A stretch of 64,000 nucleotides of DNA from an uncultured delta proteobacterium (GTDB lineage Bacteria; Desulfobacterota; Syntrophobacteria; Syntrophobacterales; Syntrophobacteraceae): positions 14,194 to 78,193 of the forward strand of contig CAWEHK010000015.1 of NCBI GenBank assembly GCA_963808625.1, read 5' to 3'. The position numbers were made by a program, and so were the translations under genes. Below the pieces are notes generated by a model. The model was not told the DNA's origin. It was given only the letters and a program-made list of their open reading frames with translations, and did no database searches. Of this stretch, positions 11,161-21,462 are shown piece after piece (position 1 is the stretch's first letter; every line of letters begins with the position of its first letter).

Positions 11161-12351
11161 ATGAAAGTAAGAGATGTGGTGGTTGTCGATGGGGTGCGCA
11201 CGGCTTTTGGAAGGGCCGGGGAAAAGGGCTACTTCTGGCTGACGCGGGCCGACGACATGGTGGTGAAGGTGATCCGCGAATTGCTGCGGCGCAATCCCCA
11301 GGTGAATCCGGCAAGTGTTGAAGAAAATGTCTGGGGAGCAACCACGCAGGAAGGCGATCAGGGCTTGACCCTCGGGCGCACGACGGCGCTCCTGGCCGGA
11401 TTGCCCGAAAGCTGTGCCGGTTTTTCCATCGATCGCATGTGTGCCGGGGGGTTGACGGCGGTGACGGCGGCGGCATCGGAAATTGCCCTGGGGGCCTGTG
11501 ACGTGGCCATAGCCGGCGGCGTGGAACACATGAGCCACCATCCGATGGGCGCCACCGCCGATCCCAATCCGCGCTTCCTGGCCGAGAGGCTGGTTTCGGC
11601 GGACGCGCTGTCCATGGGGAAAACTGCGGAAAACCTCCACGACCTCTATCCCGAGATTTCCAAGGAGATGGCGGACGCCTACGCTTTGCACTCGCAGGAA
11701 AAGGCCGCTCGGGCCTATCGCGAAGGCAAGATTCAGCCGATGATCGTCCCCATGACCGTTTACACCAGGGAGGGCTGGGTGGTGGCGGACCGGGACCAGC
11801 AGCCCCGTCCCGAGACCACCATGGAAGGGCTGCAGGATCTCAAGACCCCGTTCCGGGCTCAAGGCCGGGTAACGGCGGGCAATTCTTCCGGGCTGAACGA
11901 TGGTGCGTGCGGCCTGCTGCTGATGAGTGAGGAGCGCGCTCTGGAACTGGGTGTGGTCCCAAAGATGCGCCTGGTGGGATATGCCTACGCCGGGGTGCGG
12001 CCGGAAATCATGGGCTTTGGTCCGGTCCCTTCAACGAAGAAGCTCTTTGCCAAAACCGGGCTGTCCATGGAAGACATGGGCCTGATTGAGCTGAACGAAG
12101 CCTTTGCCGTACAGTGCCTCGTGTTCATGAAGGAATTTGGGTTGCAATTGCCCGAGGATGAGCGGCTGAATCAACTCGGGGGTGCGATTGCCTTCGGCCA
12201 CCCGCTCGCGGCATCAGGGCCGCGCCTGGTGATGCACCTGATGCACCTTTTTGCCGCGCATCCCGAGGTGCGCTACGGCCTCACCGCACTCTGCGTCGGT
12301 CTGGGCCAGGGGGCATCAGCGATCTGGGAAAACCTGGCGGTTGGCTCTTAG
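11161..12351 (+). CDS. fadA: Acetyl-CoA C-acyltransferase (thiolase)
   Basis: [45 protein letters not shown]. Confidence 0.93.
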   Translation: MKVRDVVVVDGVRTAFGRAGEKGYFWLTRADDMVVKVIRELLRRNPQVNPASVEENVWGATTQEGDQGLTLGRTTALLAGLPESCAGFSIDRMCAGGLTAVTAAASEIALGACDVAIAGGVEHMSHHPMGATADPNPRFLAERLVSADALSMGKTAENLHDLYPEISKEMADAYALHSQEKAARAYREGKIQPMIVPMTVYTREGWVVADRDQQPRPETTMEGLQDLKTPFRAQGRVTAGNSSGLNDGACGLLLMSEERALELGVVPKMRLVGYAYAGVRPEIMGFGPVPSTKKLFAKTGLSMEDMGLIELNEAFAVQCLVFMKEFGLQLPEDERLNQLGGAIAFGHPLAASGPRLVMHLMHLFAAHPEVRYGLTALCVGLGQGASAIWENLAVGS

Positions 12352-12525
12352 CGGTTAGCTCTTGGCCCTTGGCTCTTAGCTCTTAGCTCATAGCCCTTGG
12401 CTTTTGGCTCTTGGTGGTTGGTGGTTGCCGATCAGGGTCCAGCCGTTGCGCCTTGGCACCTCATCGCCCGCACAAATCAACCATCAACCATCAACCATCA
12501 ACGCTTTTTCTGACCACTGACCACT
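12346..12525. repeat. Heptamer arrays (TTAGCTC/TTGGCTC, then ATCAACC and TGACCAC)
   Basis: Read directly between the thiolase and fadB genes. Confidence 0.8.
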
Positions 12526-12545
12526 GCTTTTACAGGAGAAGGACC

Positions 12546-14591
12546 ATGGCCGAACCGATTACTCATTTCTATTACCGATTTTATGACTCACCGGTGGGCA
12601 AGATCGCGATCGTGACCATGGACAATGGTCAGGACTACCGGCGTCCCAACACCTTCAGTGAAGCAGCCATGCATTCTCTCAGCGAAACCCTGGATGTGAT
12701 CGTGCGGGAAGAGGATGTCCGGGGACTGATGCTTACGGGCAAGCCCTACATCTTTGCGGCGGGCGCCGATCTTACCGAGGTACCCTTCATCACCACCTTT
12801 GAACAGGGCTATCAGGTTGGGCGTCTCGGCCACGCCGTGATGAAAAGGATCATGGATCTACCCTATCCCACCCTGGCCGCGATCAACGGTGTGGCGCTGG
12901 GGGGAGGACTGGAAATTGCGCTTTACTGCAAGGTTCGGACAGTCCATCGGAGCGTCCAGGCCATCGGTTTCCCGGAATGTTTCCTGGGGCTCATCCCGGG
13001 CTGGGGTGGCTGCACCCTGGCGACGCGGCTGGTCGGGCCGGAGAAGGCGCTGCAGCTCATCATCTACAACGCCTTGAACCAGAACCGAATGATCAACGGT
13101 GCGGCGGCCTTCGAACTCGGGCTTGCCGACCGGCTCTTCGAAGGCGCCGAGTTTCTGGATGAATCCCTGCAGTTTCTGGTCGATATAATCGCGGGAAAGG
13201 TCGCTGTCGAGCGTGCTCCCGTGCAGAGTGCCGGGATCAAAAGCCTCATCGAGCAGGCGAAAGCCTTTGTCGAGAGTCGCATCCACGGCGCTGCCCCGGC
13301 CCCCTACCGGGCTCTGGAGCTCATTGCCGGGGCCTGTGACGGTGACCTCGATAAGGGTTTTGAAGCAGAGAACAGGGCCCTTGGCGACCTCATCAGATCG
13401 CGGCAATGCAAAGCGTCGATTTACTCCTTCGATCTAATCAATCGCTATGCCAAGAAATCGAAAGTTCCCAAGGAGGTCGCACGCAGACCCATCAACCGGG
13501 TTGGCATCATCGGCGCCGGGCTCATGGCGTCGCAGCTTGCCCAGCTTTTCATTTATCGCCTGGAAGTGCCGGTGGTGATGAAAGACATCAGCCGGGATTT
13601 GGTGGATAAAGGCTGCGCCTATGTTCGGCAGGAGCTCACGAAGCTGGTGGAAAAAGGGCGGGTGAGCGAAGGAAAGAGTCGCTATCTGGCAAGCCTTCTC
13701 AAGGGGACGCTCGACTATGAGGATTTTTCCGACTGCGATTTGGTCATCGAGGCGGTGTTTGAAAATATGGGTGTCAAGCAGCAGGTTTTTCGCGAGGCGG
13801 AGCAGTGCCTCAAGCCGGACGCCGTCCTTGCCACCAACACCTCATCCTTGAGCATCACCGAGATGGCCGGTGGCCTCGACCATCCGGAACGGGTGGTCGG
13901 CTTCCACTTCTTCAACCCGGTGGCGGTCATGCCGCTCGTCGAAGTCATCCGCGCCCAAAAGACCAATGAACCTACCTTGGCGACGGCCTTTGACCTGGCG
14001 GCCAAACTGCGCAAGACCGGCATTCTGGTGAAAGATTCTCCGGCCTTTCTGGTGAACCGGATTCTGGTCAGAATGTTGGTGGACTGCCTATCCGTGGTCG
14101 ACGAAGGGGCTGCCTTCAGTCAGGTGGATGCGGCGCTCCTGGCCCTGGGGCTGCCCATGGCGCCCTTCGAGCTGCTCGACCTGGTTGGCCTGCCGGTCGC
14201 CTTCCACGTCACCGAGACTCTCAACCAGGCCTTTGGACCCGAGCGCTTTCCACTGAATGCAAACGTCAAAGAACTGGTGAAAACCAAAAAAACGGCCTTT
14301 TACCTCCGAGATGGCAAACAAAAGCGGATTGACCCCGAAATCGAGGCGGCCTGGGTGCGGAGTGGAACCAAAGAGTTCCATCTCGAAGAAATCCAGGAGC
14401 GCATTTTGAGCAACCTTGCCCGGGAAACCGACCTTATTTTGCACGAAAAAGTCGTCGAAAGCTCTCGGGATGTCGACCTGGCAATGATTCTCGGGGCCGG
14501 GTGGCCGTTCTTCATGGGTGGTCTCACCATGTACCTGGACCTCGTCGGAATCACCCCCAAAGTCCTGCAAAAGGTCTTCTTCAGCTTTTAG
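12546..14591 (+). CDS. fadB: Enoyl-CoA hydratase / 3-hydroxyacyl-CoA dehydrogenase
   Basis: FAAGADL, ALGGGLEIAL, GIIGAGLMAS, ATNTSSLSIT, GFHFFNP. Confidence 0.93.
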   Translation: MAEPITHFYYRFYDSPVGKIAIVTMDNGQDYRRPNTFSEAAMHSLSETLDVIVREEDVRGLMLTGKPYIFAAGADLTEVPFITTFEQGYQVGRLGHAVMKRIMDLPYPTLAAINGVALGGGLEIALYCKVRTVHRSVQAIGFPECFLGLIPGWGGCTLATRLVGPEKALQLIIYNALNQNRMINGAAAFELGLADRLFEGAEFLDESLQFLVDIIAGKVAVERAPVQSAGIKSLIEQAKAFVESRIHGAAPAPYRALELIAGACDGDLDKGFEAENRALGDLIRSRQCKASIYSFDLINRYAKKSKVPKEVARRPINRVGIIGAGLMASQLAQLFIYRLEVPVVMKDISRDLVDKGCAYVRQELTKLVEKGRVSEGKSRYLASLLKGTLDYEDFSDCDLVIEAVFENMGVKQQVFREAEQCLKPDAVLATNTSSLSITEMAGGLDHPERVVGFHFFNPVAVMPLVEVIRAQKTNEPTLATAFDLAAKLRKTGILVKDSPAFLVNRILVRMLVDCLSVVDEGAAFSQVDAALLALGLPMAPFELLDLVGLPVAFHVTETLNQAFGPERFPLNANVKELVKTKKTAFYLRDGKQKRIDPEIEAAWVRSGTKEFHLEEIQERILSNLARETDLILHEKVVESSRDVDLAMILGAGWPFFMGGLTMYLDLVGITPKVLQKVFFSF

Positions 14592-14787
14592 AGGAGGGTC
14601 CGGGAGGCTTCCGCCGGCATCGAACGCTTCTGTGCGATCCTGCGCAGTAAAGCGCCCGGAATGGATCAAGGTTTTGTGTGGATAATCAGTCTGATCGTTT
14701 GCTTAATCAATATTATCGGTCTAGAATCAATCATGTTTCTATATTGTGGCCGTTCTGAGTTAAAATAGCAGTTTTTGCAGGTGAAGC

Positions 14788-15024
14788 ATGGAAAACAGCG
14801 TACCCCTGGAAGAGATTCTCAAATTGGCAAAACAGCTTTCTGCCAGAGATAAGCTCCGCCTGATTGAGCGAATTGCGCCCCAGATCGAAGGGGAACTTAA
14901 ACCGTCTGCGCGTCTCCCTCGCAGGTCCTTATTGGGGCTATGGCGCGGTCTTGATCTAACCGATCAGGACATTGCCGATGTGCGTCGAGAAATGTGGGCT
15001 GATTTTCCTCGTGAGGACATCTGA
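14788..15024 (+). CDS. Putative antitoxin
   Basis: 78-aa ORF (LSARDKLRLIE...SLLGLWRG) with TGATG overlap to the PIN gene. Confidence 0.75.
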   Translation: MENSVPLEEILKLAKQLSARDKLRLIERIAPQIEGELKPSARLPRRSLLGLWRGLDLTDQDIADVRREMWADFPREDI

Positions 15025-15426
15025 TGCCGGACTATGTGACAGATACACACGGGCTCATCTGGTCTGGAAGATAGTCCTCGCCTCGGAGCTCAGGCCAGAA
15101 AGTGCTTTGACGCATGTGATCGGGGAAAGTGCAATATTCACGTTGCCCACAATATGTCTGGTGGAGATCATCTATCTCCAGGAAAAAGGGCGGATTTCCC
15201 TTCGACATGAAAGCTCAATTGGAATGCTGAGCTGATGACTGGAGCAAGCGGATTAGTCCTGGCCGATCTGACACCCGATGTCGCCAATTTGATTTCAAGT
15301 ATCCCTCGCACGAAAGTTCCGGATATGCCTGACCGTATCATTGCCGCAACCGCCTTGTACCTGGATCTCGCGTTGATCACTCGTGACCGCAAGATCAGGA
15401 TCTCAGAAGTGAAGACGGTATGGTGA
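15024..15426 (+). CDS. vapC: VapC-like PIN-domain toxin (frameshifted)
   Basis: MPDYVTDTHGLIW...PTICLVEIIYLQEKGRI...DMPDRIIAATALYLDLALITRDRKI pieced across frames. Confidence 0.85.
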
Positions 15427-15637
15427 TCTTCGCCTTCTGCTCAGCTTGGCCATTTTAACGTAACCTTTCACTGCCCCTTTCGGGTCATCTGTATTTTTGA
15501 CAACCGTGAGTTATCTGTTAATGAGAAAGTCCAGCATCGTCTGAAGTGAACGTCTTCGCTAGGATCCACCATTCTGTGAGGACCTATGGACATCAGGAAG
15601 TCGAGCTCAGCTTAATAAGCAGCAAAGGCCTCGCACT

Positions 15638-15958
15638 TCACTTCCAGAGGGCACTGGTCAAAGCGGCCTGCCGCATCTCCCTGATTGCTTCTTCAATGCG
15701 GGAATCCGGCAGCGACGGCTCGAACAGGAGCAGAGTCGGGTCCAGCTTCGAGTTTGTGACGGCGGGGGCCAGTTGCTGCTGAATCATCGCTGCCAGGGAC
15801 GTGAGCTGCCGGTAGCTGTCATCGATAACGCGGAACTTATCCGGATGGAACTCGGGGGGGTAGCGACGCACCAGTCGCTGGTAGGCTTTTTCGATGGCAT
15901 CCTGATCGGCGTCGCCGGGGAGGTTCAGGTTTTGCAGTGCTTCTTCGCGGGTCATCAT
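15638..15958 (-). CDS. Small J-domain protein
   Basis: EALQNLNL...IEKAYQRLVRRYPPEFHPDKFRVIDDSY; YPPE occupies the usual HPD position and HPD follows. Confidence 0.85.
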   Translation of the reverse strand: MMTREEALQNLNLPGDADQDAIEKAYQRLVRRYPPEFHPDKFRVIDDSYRQLTSLAAMIQQQLAPAVTNSKLDPTLLLFEPSLPDSRIEEAIREMRQAALTSALWK

Positions 15959-18051
15959 CGTTTCTTTCGAGTCTTGGCAGGTTTTCTGGCGGATTTCGCC
16001 GAAGACAGCAGCAGATTTCTCATCTTGTCGAGCAGCGGCTTGGTCCCTGTCTCGCCGGCCTCCAGCCTCTTGAGAAGCATGTTGTTAAGGTGGATCAGCA
16101 AACGCTGCTGACGGGTGAGAATCTGCGGGTATTGCAACAGCTCATCCAGGAGCGGGCCAAGCGCATCGAGGGGCGCCATCGGCAGCTCGTCACGGTGTTG
16201 TTCCATGAAAAGCAGCACCGCTTCGACCTTGTCATTCTTACTGATCCCGTATATTCCAAAGGGAAAATGGTTCCGGCTCCTCTGCTGCATCTTCTCATGG
16301 CGCCTGAGATCGTCAAGGATGTACTGCCAGAATCCCTCCGGATGAACGGAATGGAGGATATTGAACCAGGAGAGGTGTCCTTCCCTGGTCAGGCGATCTT
16401 CCGGATAGCAGCCAAGGAAAAGTCGGGCAAGATCCAACACATCGTAATCATCGAGTTCTGCCAACTCCCGGCGAAGGATGCCGGGGTTCTTAGGCTTTCC
16501 GGGGCCAAATCCCCCAAAAAAGCCGGATAGAATACCCGCAAATTGTGCTCTTCCAGTGGCTTCAAACAGCTCGAGCTCCACCTCGATGTACAAATGCATC
16601 ACGAGGACCATCAACAGCTCTCTGCGGTGGGCATAGCGCTGCAGGAGCGGTCTGAGCGATCGCGCGTAGGGATAATAGAGCTGGACCCATTCCTTGGCGA
16701 GCCATCTCGTATCAGCAACGGTCGGCTCGGCAGCCTGGCCGAGGAACTTCTCGGCCCGACTGTGAAGGTCACGGTCGCGGTAACGTGCACCCGCCAGCAT
16801 GCTCAGTAATCCCAGCCGCGTACCAACGCACCCGGCGTCGAGGATGGCTCGCAGGAAGCCCACAAAGTCCCCTGGTTCCGGCATCACATCGAAGACAAAC
16901 TGCAGGTCGAAGCACAGATTGGGCTCCATCACCCGGACCAGCTCTCGTTGCTCCCTTGCAGAAAGCGTCGGGCTCCGCAGGGCAAGCTCCCCCAGAATGT
17001 TCCGATAGACCGTAAGCAGCGTCGTCGCCAGATGGGTGGTGTTCGCCTGCTGTTCCTGTTCCACCTTGTCCTCGTCATCATCATCAAAAAAATCTGGGGA
17101 GCCAGGTCCGCTCACATGGGAAGGGCCACCCTCAACGGTCATGCGCAGGCGGGCGAGAAGGGAGAACTTGGCTTCGAGATCGAGTCTTTTCAGCTCTTCC
17201 CGCAAGGCAGCGGGAGTGCGGTCCATCCCCCCGGACCAGTCATCAGAGTCGGACAAGAGCTTGCTCTTGATCTCCGCGGATCGTTCTCCAGCCAGGCGGG
17301 GAAAAGCGAAGGACATGGTGCGCACAAACGTCGCTCCCTGTTGACGGGTGGTCTCCGGAGCCAGTCGCCGGCACATAAGAGCAAGGTTGTGAACGAAAGG
17401 GTGCAGGACGATATCCCGGAGGGCCGGAGGCAGTTCCTTTGAAAGTGCGGACATGGTCCGATCCAGCCGCTTCAGGGTAGCCGCAGGGCAGCCGTCCCAT
17501 CCCTGGGACACGGTGCCTTTCTGGTTGAGGCGGCGGGCATTCGGAATGATCTGCCCGAGACGACGCACGTACTCACTTGATGGCTCTCCGGGGAGGAGCT
17601 CGGCCAACTGCTCGTAGTAGCGGCGGGTGATTTTGTCCGGTTCCCGCACGAATTTCTCCAAGAGGACCTTCAGCTTGGCGTCCTTCGCGCCGGACTCGGA
17701 AGCAAACCAGGCGAAGTTGGACCTGAGCTTTTCCGCACCGGGAGACAGGCCCTTCAGCTGGAGGATCTCCTGCCCGGTATTCCGGTTTTCCACGAGACCT
17801 TTGAGGAGCATCAGGAGACGGAAGTCAGGATCAGCGGGAAGTTTCTTGAGGGATTCAACTTCCGTGCAGAACCGCTCGAAAGCCGAACATTGCTTCACGG
17901 CCTGCCTGGTCAGGGCCTGCCAGGCCTCCCGGTACTCTTTGCTATGATCCGAGACGGCGTTTTCCGACTCGAGCAGCCGGAGCAATTCCCAGTAGCGGCC
18001 AGTGCGGTGGAACTTCTCAATGTCCCTCCGAACGCGCTTCTTCTTACTCAC
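15955..18051 (-). CDS. Hypothetical 698-aa helical protein in Hsp70 operon
   Basis: Intact ORF overlapping the Hsp70 stop and the J-protein start; Leu/Arg/Glu rich, acidic linker, basic termini. Confidence 0.8.
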   Translation of the reverse strand: MSKKKRVRRDIEKFHRTGRYWELLRLLESENAVSDHSKEYREAWQALTRQAVKQCSAFERFCTEVESLKKLPADPDFRLLMLLKGLVENRNTGQEILQLKGLSPGAEKLRSNFAWFASESGAKDAKLKVLLEKFVREPDKITRRYYEQLAELLPGEPSSEYVRRLGQIIPNARRLNQKGTVSQGWDGCPAATLKRLDRTMSALSKELPPALRDIVLHPFVHNLALMCRRLAPETTRQQGATFVRTMSFAFPRLAGERSAEIKSKLLSDSDDWSGGMDRTPAALREELKRLDLEAKFSLLARLRMTVEGGPSHVSGPGSPDFFDDDDEDKVEQEQQANTTHLATTLLTVYRNILGELALRSPTLSAREQRELVRVMEPNLCFDLQFVFDVMPEPGDFVGFLRAILDAGCVGTRLGLLSMLAGARYRDRDLHSRAEKFLGQAAEPTVADTRWLAKEWVQLYYPYARSLRPLLQRYAHRRELLMVLVMHLYIEVELELFEATGRAQFAGILSGFFGGFGPGKPKNPGILRRELAELDDYDVLDLARLFLGCYPEDRLTREGHLSWFNILHSVHPEGFWQYILDDLRRHEKMQQRSRNHFPFGIYGISKNDKVEAVLLFMEQHRDELPMAPLDALGPLLDELLQYPQILTRQQRLLIHLNNMLLKRLEAGETGTKPLLDKMRNLLLSSAKSARKPAKTRKKR

Positions 18052-19771
18052 CGGACGCCAGCTCCTCTTCCGCCCGTTCGATCACCTCCAGCAGTTGATC
18101 TTCGAGGTCGTCCAGCAGGCTTTCGGGTTCTCCGCCCCGGATGGCCTCCTCGTAGTTCCGTTTGAGCTTCCTGATTTCATTCCGCACGTTTTCAGACAGC
18201 CGCTGGTCATGGGCCAGGCGCCCGGCCTTTTCCGCCACGTAATTCACCGGGACTTCATCCGGTTCGCTTTCCTGGGCCTCCTCGATGGTTCTCCTTCTGA
18301 TGTCAAGGGTCACCTCTTTGCGGTTGTCAAAACCCTTCTGATCGATACAGATGCGGACCAGGCCTTCACGATCGTAGGCAAATTCCACAATTACGGGGGA
18401 ATTGGCCGGTGCCGGTTTGAGCGGGTAGGGAAACTCTCCGACCAGAGTATTTTCCGCACAGGAAAGGCTTTCCCCCTGGAACACCTCGACCTTGACCACC
18501 TCCTGCCGGTCGGCAATGGTCCAGTAGACTTGAGCGTGGCTGACGGGGATTCTCGTGTTCCTGCGGATAATGGTGGAGAAATGATCGGCCTCCCCGGTCT
18601 CAAAGTGTACCGAGTCCAGCGTCTTGACCCCCAGGGAATGAGCGGTGACATCAAGGAGGATTTGCCCCACGGCATCTCCGGTGATGAGCCCCCCTTGAAT
18701 GGCGGCCCCCAGCGCGACGCAGAGATCAGGATCGACCGAATGTTCGACGGGTTGCTCGAAAAGCGCCGAGAGTGCTTCAAAGACGGCGGGCATCCGGGTG
18801 GCTCCACCCACCAGGATGAGCTTGCCGATTTCGCGGGGTTCGAGATGGGCCTCTCGGAGCACCTCCTCGACCTTGCTCATGGTGCGCTCGATCAGATCCG
18901 CCGTCATGGCCTCAAACTGCTCCCGGCTCATTTCGAGATCGAGGTTCAAAGGACGTCCCTCGAACATGGTCACGGCCACTTCGTTGATTTTCACATAGGG
19001 ACGATCCGACAGCGCGATCTTGGTCCGTTCGGCAATATCGAGCAGCCGGACCTTGAGGCCGGGGTCCTCGTTCAGCTCTTTGCCGTCGAGCTGTGTTCGC
19101 AGCTCACCCAGCAGGTACTCCTTGAGGAGCTCGTCGAAGTCATCTCCTCCCAGGGAAGTGTCGCCGCTGGAAGCCAGCACTTCCTTGATATCGCCTTTGA
19201 TTTCCAGGATGGAGACATCGAACGTGCCGCCGCCCAGGTCATAGACCAGCACATAAGGGGATTCGCCATCCGCCTCGGAAGCAATGTGGTCGTAGACGAG
19301 GGCCGCCGCCGTCGGTTCGTTCACGATGCGGACCACCTCGAGACCGGCGAGCTCTCCTGCCCGGATGGTGGCTCTCCTCTGAGCGTCATCGAAATAGGCG
19401 GGGACCGTGATCACAACCTTCTCGACCGGCTGGCCCAGGCGCTCCGCCGCACGCTCGGCCAAATGTTTGAGAATGTAGGAGGAGATGACCTCCGGGGATA
19501 AGCTTTGCCGGCCCACGGTGACCGCCGATTCCTTTCCCATAAGCCGCTTGATCGAGGTAACGGTCGCCTCGGGAAAGGCTGCCCTCCGGTTTCTTGCCTG
19601 CCGCCCGACCACATGGCTGCCGTTTTCAGCCTCGAAGCTGACCACCGACGGCAAAATGGCCAGCCCCTCCTCGACGGGAATGGCTTCGGGGCGGCCATCC
19701 TTGAGAAAGGCAATGACAGAATTGGTGGTTCCAAGATCGATACCGCATACAATGGGTTTCATGATGTTCAT
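18044..19771 (-). CDS. Hsp70-family protein (accessory DnaK/HscC-like)
   Basis: GIDLGTTNS, VITVPAYF, IVNEPTAAAL, VYDLGGGTFDVS, LVGGATRMP; real start MNIMKP at 19771 or 19762. Confidence 0.95.
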   Translation of the reverse strand: MNIMKPIVCGIDLGTTNSVIAFLKDGRPEAIPVEEGLAILPSVVSFEAENGSHVVGRQARNRRAAFPEATVTSIKRLMGKESAVTVGRQSLSPEVISSYILKHLAERAAERLGQPVEKVVITVPAYFDDAQRRATIRAGELAGLEVVRIVNEPTAAALVYDHIASEADGESPYVLVYDLGGGTFDVSILEIKGDIKEVLASSGDTSLGGDDFDELLKEYLLGELRTQLDGKELNEDPGLKVRLLDIAERTKIALSDRPYVKINEVAVTMFEGRPLNLDLEMSREQFEAMTADLIERTMSKVEEVLREAHLEPREIGKLILVGGATRMPAVFEALSALFEQPVEHSVDPDLCVALGAAIQGGLITGDAVGQILLDVTAHSLGVKTLDSVHFETGEADHFSTIIRRNTRIPVSHAQVYWTIADRQEVVKVEVFQGESLSCAENTLVGEFPYPLKPAPANSPVIVEFAYDREGLVRICIDQKGFDNRKEVTLDIRRRTIEEAQESEPDEVPVNYVAEKAGRLAHDQRLSENVRNEIRKLKRNYEEAIRGGEPESLLDDLEDQLLEVIERAEEELASGE

Positions 19772-20319
19772 TTTCCTTCCGGGCTGACGAGGGGGACATC
19801 CTCCCTCTTGCCGACGATAACCCTCGCGGGTCTGAGGACTTTGCCATCCTGCAGATATCCGGGCTGAATGACTTCGAGAACGTCCAACAATGGGGCATCC
19901 GGGGATGGTATTGGTCACCACTTCGTGAATTCGCGCATCGAAGGGGATGCCTTCGGCGAGGACCATTTCGATGCCGAAGAAATGGCGAACCGGTGCATTC
20001 GTCTGGTTGACCATTTGCAGCACCTGGGCGTGCTGGCGCGACATCAGCCCGGGATTTCGGAAGGCTCGCTGGAGGTGGAAAAGCGCATCGCAAAGGTCGA
20101 TCAGGGGACCCATGTCGCGCTTCTTTTCCCTGCGGCAGAGGCCTGCTGCTCCCGGTGAACCTCTTCGAGCAGCACGCCTTGCTTCCTGAAAAGCTTCTTC
20201 AGACTTTGCGTTTCTTCGAGAATGAGACGGTGAGGGTCTTCCTCCTCCTCTCCCTCTTCCTTCTTTGGACGCAACCATCCAAGATTTCTAAACCACCCCT
20301 TAACATTTTGATAAGACAT
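19768..20319 (-). CDS. GrpE-like nucleotide exchange factor (frameshifted)
   Basis: GIPFDARIHEVV and, in another frame, VLEVIQPGYLQDGKVLRPARVIVG match the GrpE C-terminus. Confidence 0.85.
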
Positions 20320-20681
20320 AGAAAAGTTTGTCGCCTCCGCAAAAACAATCCTCATGTGTAGAGGGGAGCCAGGCCAAAAAGAGCACCCCTGTTGGGAAGA
20401 ACGTTGATTATACTCCAGTCAGGAGAAGCACGAAACCCTTATCAGTCAGAGGAGGAAGTTCCTTTTCAAAAGCTTGCCATGCTTGACTCGGATGCACACA
20501 ACTTTTGAGGTGAGGTGATAAGCTGAGAGGAAATCGATGAGAGTGATTTTTGATGTTTTTCGTCTGTTTCATCGTTTGAAATAGGCTTAAAATGAAAACA
20601 TGTCCTTCTTGACCGGCTCCTTAATGGAAGTTGTGGACAGGGTCCGAGGCATCAATAAGTCATATGGAGGGGAAACGAGCC

Positions 20682-20879
20682 ATGGTGAAGGATGCGAAGC
20701 TCCTGGCCCAGTTCGAGGAAGACCAGATAAGGACTGAAAGACTGAGCCATACAGAGGCCCTGGCCCTTTTTGAAGCCATGTGGCGGGAGGGCCTGGCGCT
20801 CGGCGTGCTGCGCTTGAAAGACCCTCTTGAAGGTATCGAAGTTGACATCCGTATTGCCAGGATTCTGAACCATAATTGA
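20682..20879 (+). CDS. Small hypothetical protein (antitoxin-like)
   Basis: GGAGG upstream; MVKDAKLLAQFE...EAMWREGLALGVL...DPLEGIEVDIRIARILN. Confidence 0.65.
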   Translation: MVKDAKLLAQFEEDQIRTERLSHTEALALFEAMWREGLALGVLRLKDPLEGIEVDIRIARILNHN

Positions 20880-20932
20880 AGAATTGCTCGCCAGTATTGG
20901 CAGGCCATCAAAGCAGCGCATTCCCCATGCTG

Positions 20933-21265
20933 TTACATGGAAAGCTTCTGGGCGATCTTGCGCATCTGGATGCCGTGAATGAGAGCGGCACCGCCCCTCA
21001 TGGCGGCAGCGACGTGGACGGCTTCGGTCATTTCTGCCAGATTTGACCCCTTTTCGAGGCACGTCTGGGTGTAGGCATCAATGCAATATGGGCATTGAAT
21101 GGTGTGTGCGACAGCCAGCGCGATCAGCGCTTTTTCCCTTTCGGTGAGCTCTCCTTCCCTGAAAACAGCCTGGTAATAGTCGAAGAACTTAGCGCCGAGC
21201 TCCGGCGCTTCCTCTGAGATTTCCTGAAACTTTCCCAAATCTTTCGGGTCGTAATAGCTTTCCAT
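20933..21265 (-). CDS. AhpD/CMD-family protein (arsenosugar-biosynthesis-associated peroxidase-like)
   Basis: MESYYDPKDLGKF...REKALIALAVAHTIQCPYCIDAY; AGGAGG RBS. Confidence 0.9.
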   Translation of the reverse strand: MESYYDPKDLGKFQEISEEAPELGAKFFDYYQAVFREGELTEREKALIALAVAHTIQCPYCIDAYTQTCLEKGSNLAEMTEAVHVAAAMRGGAALIHGIQMRKIAQKLSM

Positions 21266-21462
21266 CGTGATCAGCCTCCTCAACTGGAAGAGCGTGCTTG
21301 TTCCGGCAGAAAACCTTGCCCCGATCTGCTCGAACATCCTTGACACTCACCCCGGCGCATGCTATCGAAAATTCGTCTATTAGGGAACTTCTTTATCATC
21401 GCATTTCGCGGAGAGTTTTTCGTTGTTCTGCCACAGCTGAGAGAGTCTAAGGAAAAGATTTA

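Noticed and set aside
9010..11862. Long minus-strand ORFs (382 aa, 543 aa), likewise 18002-19501 and 45513-47108
   Set aside because: Antisense shadows of GC-rich genes that have clear motifs on the other strand.
19772..20278. Apparent N-terminal extension or GrpE-Hsp70 fusion in the 744-aa ORF
   Set aside because: The GrpE C-terminus lies in another frame and stops at 19768, overlapping the Hsp70 start; the fusion results from indels.
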